Shown one piece after another: positions 25,090 through 38,199 of a stretch of DNA of 64,000 bases. Position 1 is the first letter of the stretch. Each line of letters begins with the position of its first letter. The stretch is from Octopus bimaculoides. Taxonomy: Eukaryota. The notes below the pieces were generated by a model. That model saw only the letters and a program-made list of their open reading frames with translations, searched no databases and was not told the DNA's origin. Location: NCBI RefSeq assembly GCF_001194135.2, contig NC_068983.1:152879918-152943917 (forward strand). The letters run 5' to 3'. The translations under genes were made by a program, and so were the position numbers.

Positions 25090-26630
25090 GGGTACCCAAG
25101 CGTGCCCTACCAGCTACTCCCAAGTGATTTGGCGTACTACCAAGTACCAACGGAAGTAGTCAGTCTCAAAATGTCCCACATGGATTCACTGATAATAGAC
25201 TTCACCATGGAAAATTTCACGAGTAATTAATTCACAGCTATTATAAAAATGCATTATGACAGGGTTCAGAAGTCGTGGCAGCCATGCAACCACTGCTAGC
25301 GGTAGACGGGAATCAGTCAGGAGGTTTCAAAACTGATGGAAGCAGGGGAAATCCAGTTTGCAGGGCATTCATGGATGACGTAATGGTTATAACACTATCA
25401 GTCGAAGAGACACAGTGGATATTGAGCTTACTGGAAAAGATAGCCACGTGATCACGCCTTAAATTAAACCTAACCCAGCGAAATCTCGGAGCCTGAATAT
25501 CCGTAAAGGAAATCTGACAAATTGCACCGTCAGCATTCAGGCCTCTGGCATTCCGACAGTCCAAGAAAACAGATTTCGCTGCCCTTGGAAAAGTTACGAT
25601 CGTAGTTATAAGGATATTGGCAATGCTGAAAACAGCAAATCCCGAGTCTAGGTTCAAAGTAAACACTACAATGCTTCTGACTGAGGATGAGAAAATCAGA
25701 CGCAGCAACAAGACCATAAAGTGAGGCAGAAAGTGGAAACTTCAGTAAGGTGTAAAGGAAGCAGAGAAATACTGAAAACATTTGTTGGAGTAGTCGGTCA
25801 AGGACGGCTAGGATTGACTTTCCAATTACAGAACCAAGAGGAGAAACAACACCAACTCTAGGAGAGAGCTCATAGTGCAAGTGCTTCGTGATACAAATGA
25901 GAAAGATCAATTTGGAGAAAGCAGAATGGTTTGCACACCAGGTTCAATGGACATTGTGGGACCAGGCTTTCGATAAGGCAGATGCAAGTAAAGTCATGAC
26001 AAGTTTCTTGCAGAAATTGCCAATTAGACTAATTTGCAATGTGTGAAAGCTAACAAATACCAGCCACCACCACCACCACCACCACAACAACAACAACCAC
26101 CATAGGGTATCAAATTCCTAAAGGAATCTAACTAAATCATGCAAGTGAACCTGAAGGGCAGACTTGTCTTTCTAGATGAGATAGTGGTAAATCACTTAGA
26201 GCAGACATATTCCTGCTCTTCAGGAATACAAAATTAATCACCGTGGTCTAACTCATTGTGATCTGGGAAAACAGAAACGATATGTCCCTGCATGTAAAGA
26301 AATTGAAACATCAGAACTTAGTCGTCGAAGTCCCTGTCAAGGAATGGCATACAGTCTCATTCTCCATTGAAGTCGACTGCCATGGCTTTCCATCCGCGTG
26401 AGTAAGCTCTTTCCGGCAGGGGACAAGTCTGAAACCCAGACAACTGAAGAAAGCCATCCGGGAAGTTGGCCCAATATCTGAAACTAGCTCAAAATGGTTA
26501 CGTTTGATAATAATCCACAATTCTATAGGTGAAGACTAGCTCAGTCCTCACTGCTACAACCAGGTAAAGTGTACAGGCTAAGGGCCGAAATGTCTGTGAC
26601 CCCGAGATACCTACTGATGATGCAGAAGTG
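25090..26630 (+). mobile_element. HERO-like (R2-group, RLE-type) non-LTR retrotransposon, decayed, with 3' UTR
   Basis: RT reads YYQVP...RAFMDDVMVIT...WIL..LEK...PAKSRSLNIRKG. The RLE reads LRADIFL...LIVIWE...IEVDCHGFP...KAIREV...SETSSKWL. The 3' UTR ends CCGAAA...TGACCC...CTGATGATG. Confidence 0.8.
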
Positions 26631-26725
26631 TTTCTAGTATTACAATAGATTAAGAAGAGCTTTAAAACCACTGAGCAGCTCCTCCATTGTCTTCGTGGGG
26701 TAAAACATCTCTGATGTTCCTTTCC

Positions 26726-26849
<124 letters not shown>

Positions 26850-26989
26850 TGTGTGTGTGTATAATCAACTTTTTAGACATTCACGTAGTCCTAATTAAGA
26901 ATATTTCTTTATAATTTCATGACAATAACCTTATGTTCACGTCATTAAAAATGAAATGTCCGATTTTCTTATGCACCAAATTTGAAGTT

Positions 26990-27992
26990 CTGTTGAAATA
27001 TCTGAATCACTATTGTTTCTCCCAAATATATATCGTGCATTGATTAGCACTCATTTATTGTTCACTTATTTCCTCAACATGCTATAGTATTAGTTACGTT
27101 AACACTATTGAATGTTAATGCTCTAAGCCAGTGATTCCCAAGGTGGGGCGTACGCCCCACTGGTGGGGCCTGAGAAAATTCAGGTGGGGCGCGGGGCATA
27201 GACGTGGGCTGTGAAAATATTTGTACATGACGAGCGGTCATCGCAGGCACAACCTTAGATTCCGTCTTTCCTTTGAAGCCTCCACATCGGAAACTCTCGC
27301 ACCCCAGCGAGACAAAGAAGATCCCGCACTGAGCAATAAACTTACGCGCATCCCTATACATGTAGCATGAATCACTACTGGCAGTAAATGATGCATGAAA
27401 TTTTCATCGATAGGAACTGTCTCCTCAAATTAAAAACTTGTGCTGTATGCATCAGGCACAGGGTTCTCACTAAATTAGTCGAGCTGACCGTCAAATAATT
27501 GAACTGAAAAAACGTGTTTCTTTATTCTTCATAANNNNNNNNNNNNNNNNNNNNNNNNNNTGACATTTTTTAAAAACATGAGAAATCGTAATAATTTTAT
27601 CGATTCATTGGGTGTTATGCACTTTTAGTGCCTGTTGTTTCAATTCTCAAGCTATTTTTTTATTTTGAATACAATTTTTTAATTTTTGATTTTTTTCAAT
27701 TGTAAGTAGGCCCACATGTACTTGTAAATGTGAGTGGACATGGGAAAAGGTGGGGCGTAAAAACTTTTGCTATGAAAAAGTGGGGCGCCGGGAAAAAAGG
27801 TTGGGAAACACTGCTCTAAGCACTTTGTTAACTTAAACACTTTTAACTTTCTGTAACAGATTATAACATGACTTTTGTGTAATTTAGCGATAGTCGGAAG
27901 TCAACAGACAGGTATCTTCAACTAGTAGCTACAATTTATCAACTACGTACCTTATAGTAAGGAAAACAAATATTCCAAAGACTACAAATAAT
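26990..27992 (+). repeat. ~310-bp duplicated segment, copy 1 (carries the hAT MITE)
   Basis: Colinear with 29026-29334 once the MITE and one TSD are removed; about 85% identity by eye. Confidence 0.9.
27129..27813. mobile_element. hAT-family MITE
   Basis: TIRs CAGTGATTCCCAA and TTGGGAAACACTG. Perfect 8-bp TSD CTCTAAGC at 27121-27128 and 27814-27821. Five subterminal GTGGGGC motifs. Confidence 0.92.
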
Positions 27993-29025
27993 GAAATGGC
28001 AAAATTGTGTTGATAATTTATGTGCATACTTTGATTAACAGTATTGTCTTTTGTTGAGATAAAGTAAAAGTTTCAGTTCAAAATCGGACATTTCATTTTT
28101 TATGACCTGATATATTACCTGCTATATATGGCAGATCTTTAATTGCATAAACAGCTAAAAAATAACTGATTTGTCTGTTCCGCACTTATAGGAATAGTTA
28201 GCACGATATTTGTATGCTGACTAGGTTAAATAACTTTGCAGTTTTAGTAATGAAGGGAGGTCAGATGTTTATATCTGTTCTTTTGATAATACCAAAAACA
28301 TATTAAATCGAGAAGAGATATCATTAACTAACGATACAGTAGGCTGATATATAATAAAAACAGAACTGATAAATCACAACTAAATATACGAATGAAGTAT
28401 TTGTAGGACGCATAGGACAAAATATATATTGAAGGAATGCTATTTCATTATTCATTGCCAGTTTTGTGATACTTTGCGCCTTTTCTAAAGTGCACAAGGA
28501 CAAAGCTAAACGAGTGATGTGTTTTTGACCCACAACAAATCGTGTTTCGTGATGCACATTTAAAGATTGGAAGCATTTAGCTTATATAAAATATAAATCT
28601 GAACCCCCAGCTAAGATATCATAAAGACCACGATTCTAAATTCTGAACAAGACATTAACTATGATAACCTAATTAAATCATATTTCTTTCCTTGATTAAG
28701 ATATTACTGACATTTTCGTCAATGAAATATGTCGAGCAGAACTCCAATTCGATTGAAACGTCTCTAAATATTAATACACGTCTCAGTTTCGGACAGATCT
28801 ATCCGCCATTAATTATCCTTTAATTTCAATTGGAAGAACAGAAATTCCACTTTAATATGTTTCATCTTTATTAGTGTGGCAATATGATACACCGTAGATT
28901 AAGGTGACTGAATATAATCAATATGTCAGACAGCAAAGTTTATGCATCCTATCCACAACATTGTTCTTATAGAAAGGTATCGTCTTCAACAAAGTTTATT
29001 CTTCTACAGTAAGTGTTAAGACGTC

Positions 29026-29334
29026 CTGTTGAAATGTCGGAATCACTATTATTTCTCCCAAATGTATATCGTGTATTGTTTAGCGCTCATTTATTGTTCA
29101 CTTGTTTCCTCAACATGTTATATTATTAGTTAGGTTAACACTATCGAATGTTAATGCTCTAAGCACTTTGTTGACTAAAACACTTTTAACTCTCTGTTAT
29201 AGGTATAACATGACTTTGGTGCAATTTACCGATAGTTGGAAGTCAATAGATAAGTATCTTCAACTAGTAGCTACAATTTATCGGCTACTTTCCCTATAGT
29301 AAGGAAAACGAATATTCCAAAGACTACAGATAAT
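29026..29334 (+). repeat. ~310-bp duplicated segment, copy 2 (empty site)
   Basis: A single CTCTAAGC at 29157-29164 lies at the position where copy 1 carries the MITE. Confidence 0.9.
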
Positions 29335-29959
29335 ATTTTAAGTTCGAAATGTAATTGACATGATATATATAGATAATTTACGAAAGGTAGTTTCCAAATT
29401 TTTCCTGTAAGTCAAATACATGTTGAAATTTGGGTAAACCTGCATAGAGATAGCAATATAAAGCATAGTAATCTCTGGTGTATACAGGAAATCAGGTCAA
29501 AAATTAAATATGTGAAGCATCGAAGGCATATATAACTACGAAATAAATTGCATACACTTCATATATATATTTAATAAATATGAAAGTAAGTAATAGTATA
29601 TTTTGTAGTACGCAGGCGTAAAATATGTTTCTATGTGCATGGTGGCTGAATGTGCTGCATTTCAGTGATAATGTTAATGGTGAGAGAAATTTCATAATTG
29701 ATGTCGATATAAATAATATTGAAAGAAGATTGACATTTTGAACATGCTTGTAATTAAATTTATGAATTAAAAATGTAAATTTATGCAAATGTGATGCTGT
29801 GTGAAACAGCGTTAACGCAACACACGCCATCAAATATTCTAAATGTACGAACTTCCGAGTAATTAACCATACATTTAAATACGTTTGGACTACATGATGT
29901 TCAGAAAGTTTGTTAAAAACGCCATGAAGTTATATATGCATATGTATGTGTGTGTGTAT

Positions 29960-30044
<85 letters not shown>

Positions 30045-30729
30045 TGTGCTGTGCGTTCACTATAAAACTGGATCTTCTTCTGTGATGAGTTCCGGAGGAA
30101 ACTACTTCCTTGCAGGAAATGCAGATTAGCCAGCAACATCTAGCTCTTTCGTTCACCAAATGCCACATACCAGAGGAAGTTTGGTGGTTTGAAGTAGCAA
30201 AAGTGTAGCAAGGCTAATGGTGGTTCCTTAGCATGACCACAGCTCTCAAGCAAAGATTATAAATATAACCGTTGTCACCACCTTCGAATCTTAACTCCAC
30301 ACTTGTAATTGTTTAAACTTTTTCTCTCATATATTATACTGTTTTCCTTACTTCGTATCCGTTGATTTTCTGATTTCTTGCAACGCTCACACCTTTCCTT
30401 CTTTCACATCACACTCAATTCTACTCACCCTAGATCGCTGAGCTGTACCCTGCACTGCTTGACCATCTGCACCCATCTACTATGGACACAATTCCCCAAC
30501 TCTTTCTCTTTTCTGAACTCCTTCCCATAGAACTGCCTTCCCAACCGACCCCTAAACCATCTTCTTCTTAGATGGCTAAATATTATTTCTTTTCTACATG
30601 AACTAATTTTTCTGAAGATCTACCGTAGTCTACTACTTCATAAATGTTAGCTTGCATGTTTTCACACGTGCATACATGCATAATTAGACATACATAGACT
30701 GACAGACATATAGACAGATAGATAAATAT

Positions 30730-30812
30730 ACTACGGGTTTCTTTCAGTGTGGATTTGGTAAGTCTAGTCCTATAGAAGAAGACACTTGCTTAAGTTACTA
30801 CCTCTACGCCTG
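30730..30812 (-). mobile_element. SINE family A head, internally deleted
   Basis: TACTACGGGTTTCTTTCAGT...CTATAGAAGAAGACACTTGC matches parts of the other family A heads. Confidence 0.4.
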
Positions 30813-31579
30813 TTCGCACTAAATACAATAGTGACAACGTAAATTCACGTACATCTTAGCATACGAGTGCTCACACATACATATCCAAATAAATATACAC
30901 TAGCACATAAGCATCCCCAAATGTACGCATATGTGCTTCTGTGTGTGTATTTTTATGAGAATGGTAAAGATATTTTTTTCACTTTCACAAACACGCTCGT
31001 GGTATTAATTATTTTAGTGACACTTATAGAATACTTGTTTAAAGAGGGATATTTAATAATACTAAGTCTAATTAAAAGATAGGTACGGCGTAAATAAGAA
31101 GAAAAATTGAACCAACGCTCCCTCTAACAGCATACAATAAAGTATATATATAAAGTACTGTTCCGTGATAGAAAATTCAACAAAAAAATGCACTCCATCT
31201 GGTGAGGGATAACTTTTATTTGTTTAAAGGAAACAAAGCACGTCTTTAAATGCTACTGATAGCTTCATATGAGACAGAAAATGTCACTTGTATTTGAACA
31301 CTATGCAAATGTTCTTTGAAAAAAACTTTTCTTTTAATTTTTCCAAAACTTAATTGTTTTCTATATTTACATTTGANNNNNNNNNNNNNNNNNNNNNNNN
31401 NNNNNNNNNNNNNNNNNNNNNNNNNNNNNNNNNNNNNNNNNNNNNNNNNNNNNNNNNNNNNNNNNNNNNNNNNNNNNNNNNNNNNNNNNNNNNNNNNNNN
31501 NNNNNNNNNNNNNNNNNNNNNNNNNNNNNNNNNNNNNNNNNNNNNCATACATACATACATACATACATACATGCATACA

Positions 31580-31610
<31 letters not shown>

Positions 31611-31827
31611 GTATGTGTGTTTACATATTTATGTAAGTATATTGAAATGTACTAATTAAGCAGAGAATGTGGTACCGCTCTATTTATATCATAGAGTAAA
31701 TTATTCAATTTGCAAGCAAATGAATTTTCTCATACCTATCTCAAATTTTAGTCGTACGAGTTGCAAGGGCGTGGAATCTGATTAATCGATATAACACACT
31801 TTAGACATTTTGATGCGTGCATCAGTC

Positions 31828-32026
31828 TGTGAGCTAGTACAATCGTTAACACGTCGGTGAAAATACTTCGTGGCTTTTCTTACGTCCGTGTTCAAATTCC
31901 ATTGATGTTGCCTTTAATCTTTTCGTGGCTGATAAATTAAGTACCAGTTAAACATTCAGGTCCGTGTAATCGATTTTCCCCTTCCCACCAACTTTCTGGC
32001 CTTACACCAACATTTCAAATCAATAT
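31828..32026 (+). mobile_element. tRNA-derived SINE, family C
   Basis: GAGCTAG...ATCGTTAACAC...GTTCAAATTCC (B box)...GCCTTT...GATAAATTAAGTACCAG. Homologous to 52864-53080, 54811-54986 and 55337-55557. Confidence 0.6.
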
Positions 32027-32544
32027 TTTTATGTGTGTGAGTACAATCATATTTTTATGTTCGTTACTTGCAATTACCATACTTCAATATTTCTTAAGTA
32101 ATTGTTTCTTCTCATTATTAAGTTACGTTTTAATTGATGTCCTCTAGTCACAAACTATGACAAACTATAATATATTATACGCCCAAAACCTTGTTTTTAC
32201 TTCGTTAAATCTTTCGTCATTCGCGTTGCTTCTTTTTTTAGAGAGAAAAAAATAGTAATATAAGACCCTTTTAATTCATTCCCACTAAAATATATTAATT
32301 TAATTTTATGTATAAATTACATACACACACGATCATACACTCACAACTACACGCACGCACACATCTATATACGCACATATATAAACATTAGGGTATTTCA
32401 ATTTTATTTCATTTTGAATGTGCGAACAATTATACATGCGGCTGGTAAAATAATTTGATCTGTTCATTTTTATTCATATTATCTCTTGTTATAACAGTAG
32501 CTGTGTATTTCTCAGTGTTGCAATCCCCATACATTAACTCTATC

Positions 32545-32760
32545 AACGTTCTAATCCCTTCTCGCTCCTTCCTCGGCTGTGTGGTAAGAAATCTGATTCC
32601 GAACCTGCATTGAAGAGCTGTGCGGCTTTGAATCCTAGGTTATTGCAGGATCTTGTCCTGAATTTAGATAGATTGTATAGTTCCTTCGGTACTGTACATT
32701 GGCGGCCAGTACTGGCATTTGCATAACCCTCAAAGCGAAAATTAAGTACTAACCCTTCTA
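32545..32760 (-). mobile_element. CR1-group LINE, C-terminal fragment
   Basis: Reads EGYANASTGRQCTVPK...FRTRSCNNLGFKAAQLFN. This resembles the post-RT tail of CR1-group ORF2 (xRGPxLFN). Confidence 0.45.
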
Positions 32761-33060
32761 GTGTTAGATAATTACATATTAGACAATTGCATATCTGTAG
32801 ATAATTAGATATCTGTCGCACCCATACTCCAGGGAATAAAGTTGCAGTTTTTTAGTCTCACTCTGTAGCTCATGCGCTACAATCTTTCAATCTTTTTAGT
32901 GTAGTGGTGACCATAACTGGGAGCAAAGTAAGCCCATAACTGTAAAACGAGGTGGGAAAAAAATAGTACTCGAATACTGGAGGAAGATTAACATGCTTTA
33001 TTATTATTATTAAAGCTGCAAAAACATCTATCACAATAAACTGCTACTCAATATTTGTTT

Positions 33061-33560
33061 TTTTTTTTCTTGCACGTTGGTAGAGAGAATTGTTTGTTTC
33101 GCCAATGTAATTTTCCTTGCAGATCATGTTTGCATTTACCTTAAGCGAGAATCCGCTCTTGAATTTTAGGTGATACCCACTTTCTAAATATTTAAAGTTG
33201 CTCATGTTGTTGCAAGTTCCACATCTGCAATCTCCACATGCTGCTATGGAGAATTCTGATTCATTCTCTGATGTGAAGTTTGCTCTTGTGAGGTGTTTTT
33301 TTTTAGATATTTTGGTTGGCGTCTACTGTTATGTATTGGGTTTTTATCAATCAGATTTTTCATTTTGGGGCATTGTAGATGTATAGGTAGGTTTGATTAT
33401 ATGGTGTGAAAGATGTTGACTGCCCCAGAATTGTGCGTATTGATAAATGGAATAGTGTGTTCATTGCTTTTTTCCTTTGGTGTCCTTAGCTGTATGATGC
33501 TCAGTTTCATCGCCTTGTAAAATCCATTCTTTATTAATTATAAGGGGTATTTCTGTCGAA
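33061..33560 (-). mobile_element. Penelope-like element (Neptune-type Cys-rich linker plus GIY-YIG), decayed
   Basis: Reads SRRQPKYLK/KHLTRANF...CGDCRCGTC...KVNANMIC-KENYIGETNNSLYQR. The segment carrying the IY motif, between two Cys, appears deleted. Confidence 0.8.
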
Positions 33561-34150
33561 TTATCTTATCCAAGCAAGCAGGAAAAATAAATCCTACAAA
33601 GGGATGAAGGATACTGAAAAATATATTTAAGCAGGCCCTGCTTTTTCATCCTACAGAGTGACTCCCATGTAAATATACAATATACATATTAATACAAAAG
33701 TCATCTATGATGTTTGATTAAGTATACATAGAGAACAGATTGAATTATAAACAGTTCCAAATTATTTTTTTTATATTCTGACTTTATTTTCCTAATTTAT
33801 GAACGTTGTACTAATATTCAATGTTCGTGCATGAAAAACATGGAATTACACAGAATATGGGACTTGACTATACAAGTGTAATGGAATATAAATGTTTCAT
33901 AGGAATTCAAACTTTTATATTTTTCAGAGAATATCGCACCCACCCAACTTTTCTTCTTTCCCATCCTACTACCTAAAATTGACATCCTGAAAGGTCATCA
34001 ACCCATGTGAGAAATGCGTGTTTATCTACAAATACGTTGGTAGGTATACAATAGAAAGAGAAAAAGAAGGAGAAAAAGAAAATTGTTTTGTAATGAAATT
34101 TCAATGGATTGACCGCATCGAATTGAAAAGAAGCCTCTTTCTCTCTCTTA

Positions 34151-34214
<64 letters not shown>

Positions 34215-34243
34215 GCCTGCCTGTCTGGCTGGGTGTCTATCTA

Positions 34244-35250
34244 TTAGGTCGTCAAGTATAAAATTTGTAGAAAAGAACAAAAAGTTTTCGAATATTTCAT
34301 AAATACAAAGAATAGTTTTATTCATCAAAGTATGCCATATATTGTCAATACACTTTTTCCATTTCAGTGGTAGCTTGTCCATTCCGGAACTGTAAATGCA
34401 TGGCAATGTAGAGTCAATCAAATCTTGGAAGGCCTGTTTAACAGCATCGTCGGAATTAAATGTTTTCCTATCAAAAATGTATCCAAATTCTGGAAAAAGT
34501 GATAGTCAGTGGGAGCACGATTGGGTGAGTATGGTGGATGATGAAATTACAGCTCCAACTCCTGGAGTTTCGCCAATGTCATTTTTGCGATGTTTGGTCA
34601 GGCGTTATCTTGCAATAAAATAGGTGTAGATGTGCTGACTAGTCTAGGATGTTTTCTTTTTGTAAGTTTATGCATCATTTGGTCCAGTTGGCTGTAGTAT
34701 ACATTGGCCGTGTTTCATGAGCCAGGTTTAACGAAATCATAATGGACCAACGCTGCGCCAGACCACCAAACGCACACCATCAGCTTCTTTTGATGATTTT
34801 TGCTTTTCGGACTGTGTTTGATGGCTCATCTTTGTCCAACCATTGTGCTGAATGGTTACGGTTGTTGTACTGGATCCATTTCCCAGCACATGTTATAATT
34901 CGATTAAAAAATGATTCAATTTTGTGACGAGAAAGTAGCATAATGTACACTTCCAAACTTTGCTGTTTATGTTTTTCATTGAGTACATGTGGAATCCACT
35001 TATCCAACTGTTTCATTTTACCGATATGAAGTAGCTGAGTCAATATTGTTTGCTTGCTAACAACGATCATTCACGGGCACTTTGAGACGGAACTGACTCA
35101 ACGGTCGCTTTCAGTTCGTCATTATCTACCCTTGTTTCTGGTCGACTGCGTTGCTCTTTTGTGAGGTCAAAGCTACCAGAACGAAATTTTGCAAAACAAT
35201 TTGATACTGTCTGCTGTGTAATAACATCAGAATGAAATACTCCCTTAATA
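34244..35250 (-). mobile_element. mariner transposase pseudogene
   Basis: Motifs KWIPHVL (WVPH), IITCAGKWIQYNN (TGDEKW) and QDNA...HPPYSPNRAPTDYHFF, with 33 residues counted between the last two Asp in this decayed copy. A TA-TTAGGT terminus lies at 34242-34249. Confidence 0.9.
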
Positions 35251-35829
35251 TTCTGAATCTACCGTGATGCTCTATTTCCAAAAGAGAACTCATATTTCAA
35301 CACTGTACGAATTTCCGATTTATCCATCTGTAAAGAGAAATAGCAAAAAACGATTTATAAGTACTTTATAAAGCGAAAAAGGATTTAGAATAAATAGATA
35401 TGTCGGCTTTCTAACAAAAAATAAAAGTTGGCAAAATATAATAATCGTGCAAAATGAGCAGCTGTCAAAGTTTATCATATATTTTACTACAAATTTCATA
35501 CTTACCCTAATATCTGTCTGTCTGTCTGTCTTTCCTTTTCTCATCCTGTCTTATTTTTTCACTTTTTCTTGATTTTCTTAAAAATTCTATTTCCACCTCT
35601 TTGCTTTTTTCTCTCTTTCATCCTTTTTCCAAAATAAAAATAAAAAACATTTTTTCTTCTCTTCTAAACAAGGCAAAAATGCATCCGATTCATATATATC
35701 AACAACGAAACGTTCTGTTTTTTTTTTGTTTTAATTTCGATTTTGTCTTGACGTGTTCGATAAACGAACGAAAGTTATCCAAAATTCTGACTTTTTTTTG
35801 TCTGTGTTTGTCCTACATCACTGCTTCGC

Positions 35830-36005
35830 AATTGGTCTTTGTGTATTTATATCCAGGTAACTTAACGATTCCTCGAAAGAGAAAGAGAATATGTACAAGA
35901 CATTAAAAAGATAACTTCTCTGATCGATTCATTCGACTAAATATGCTTCAAGGTGAAGCCTTAACATGGCCGAAGTCTACCTCCTGAAATAAGTAAAAGA
36001 TAGAA
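35830..36005 (+). mobile_element. SINE family A 3' half
   Basis: CGACTAAA...CTTCAAGGTGAAGCCTTAACATGGCCGAAGTC...GAAATAAGTAAAAGA is similar to 19571-19700. Confidence 0.5.
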
Positions 36006-36879
36006 TATGTAAGAGTGCGAAATAAAACCACCGGGAGTGAGGAACCCATAAACATCGTCACAGCATCCTTGTAGTAGAGGGAAACTCTGCAGAAAAACCC
36101 AGCTGTTTCACGTGATAACTGATCATCTCGCTTCAACCTATCACCAGGTGCTAATCACAGAGACTCAGAGAGTGGTACTCGTGTTTTACAGATAATTATC
36201 ACTATATTCCACTAAGGTACAGATATGTCTCTTTAGGCTGACCGCTTTTGTCATTTCATCTTTTGAAAATACTACGGCAATGGAAGAATGGGAACGCGTG
36301 CATATCACTTAGAATTGCACAGAAATTTACAACATTCATTTGCACGTATGCTTTAAACCATGCAGATTTTGCAGGATATTGATAACAAAGAAGCACAAGG
36401 AGACGATAGTAATCTGTGAAGATGCAGTAATCAGTTATTAATATAAGGATTTGTGCCTTGTATTTCTGGGCAACTGGCTTCATTTCATGCTGTCCTAATC
36501 CGCATAGATTAAAATAGAAGCTTAGTGCTAGTGCTAGAGAGAGCTTTCTTCCTTCAGCTGTATTATCTACTACGTTCCGTTGCGACAAATCTTCCAAGGC
36601 TGGAGTGTTTTTATCACTGTTTGTGTCTATATAGGTACCGAAAGTAATTAACACGAGCAAGGTGCATACTATCTATTCAACATTGTGCATAACTGCCAAA
36701 TCACTCACATTCAAACTCTGTTTCATTTATCTCTCTCTATCATTCTCTCAGAAAATCTTCTCTGGATAGAACCATTATTAACACAAATCGCTTTATACAT
36801 ATATAACCATTCCAAAACATGCTTACTGATATACGCATTATATTCATCCAGAAAGTGATAAAAGCGCTGCAAAATGCGA

Positions 36880-36952
<73 letters not shown>

Positions 36953-37637
36953 CACACCTTTACGAACAGACATATATAATTACAAATACATGAAAGCATA
37001 CTAACATCCATACATACAAGTGTGTAAGAGCGTGTGTTTATAACAGATATGCGCATACAAAACTGCTCAGCCTACGTTTATTAGGAAACCGCTACTTCTA
37101 CGGACATAAATTTAACTACGATGTGTGTATAATAACATTGTTATCTTGAGAGACAAAAATATTAACATTATACTCGTAAGACAATCATACGAATATGGGT
37201 TCACGCGCATACACATAAAACCATCCTCACACAAACACCAGGATAGAAACACACATAATAAAATATGAAAAAGTCGTTTTCAAATTGAGATTTTTTTGTA
37301 AATAATAATCAAAACTAAAAATCAATAGAAATAACGCAGAACTTAATGATAGCAACTGTTTATATCATTCCCTTTCTTTCTCTATCGCATTTTCTGTCTT
37401 TTCTACCACTCTTCCTTTTTCTTATTTTTGCAATATCTATTTTTCTTCTGACGTCCATTTTTTTTTTTAAATTCTTATTTTGGTTTTTATTTGTCTTGTT
37501 ATTATGCAATTAGATATAGAACCTGTGGCAAATGAAATTTAAGTGTTTCGATAATGGTAAGAAAAATAAGAGAACAAAATGTAATAAAAATAATTGATGT
37601 TAATAATAATAATAATTATGGTATTACGGTAATGTTG

Positions 37638-37640
37638 CTG

Positions 37641-37717
<77 letters not shown>

Positions 37718-37765
37718 ACTACTACTACTACTACTACTACTATTACTACTACTACTACTACTACT
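37638..37765. repeat. Compound (CTA)n/(CTG)n microsatellite
   Basis: Seen directly in the sequence. Confidence 0.95.
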
Positions 37766-38199
37766 GTATTTGCTAGAAGACAATGGAAGCAGAGACATTG
37801 CAAAGACAATTTTCAATATAACGACAACAGCAACGACACAGAAACGTAACCACTGTACATTATTGTATTGAATAATGTATTCTATGCAATAGAATACGTT
37901 GTAAGGTTACATAAAATTTGAGTAAACTGTAAAATGAAAGAAACAACAATTAAGGTTATGTTTCTGTATATGTATTGAAACATCCGAGAGCTGCTCGTAG
38001 AATTTCCATAGAATGATAGGCTCTCTGATCAATAGAGCAATTCTCTCAAAATATATATCTACTTCTGTTTACAGGTGCCTACTCAGAAGAGACCCTTTCA
38101 CACGGACCTTCCTTTCTAATCACAACTTACTTTCAGGAAATTTGCTTTAAGGTAGCAGTTCATTCTCTCCTCGCGCCGAACTTTTCAAGTGAAGCTTGA

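Noticed and set aside
26575-26625. CCGAAA...CTGATGA in the HERO-like 3' UTR as a type II hammerhead
   Set aside because: I could not form stems I and III around an NUH triplet.
30330-30570. Possible Penelope 5' region (MDTIPQLFLFSELLPIELPSQPTPKP)
   Set aside because: This rests only on my recollection of a repeat family, with no diagnostic motif in the window.
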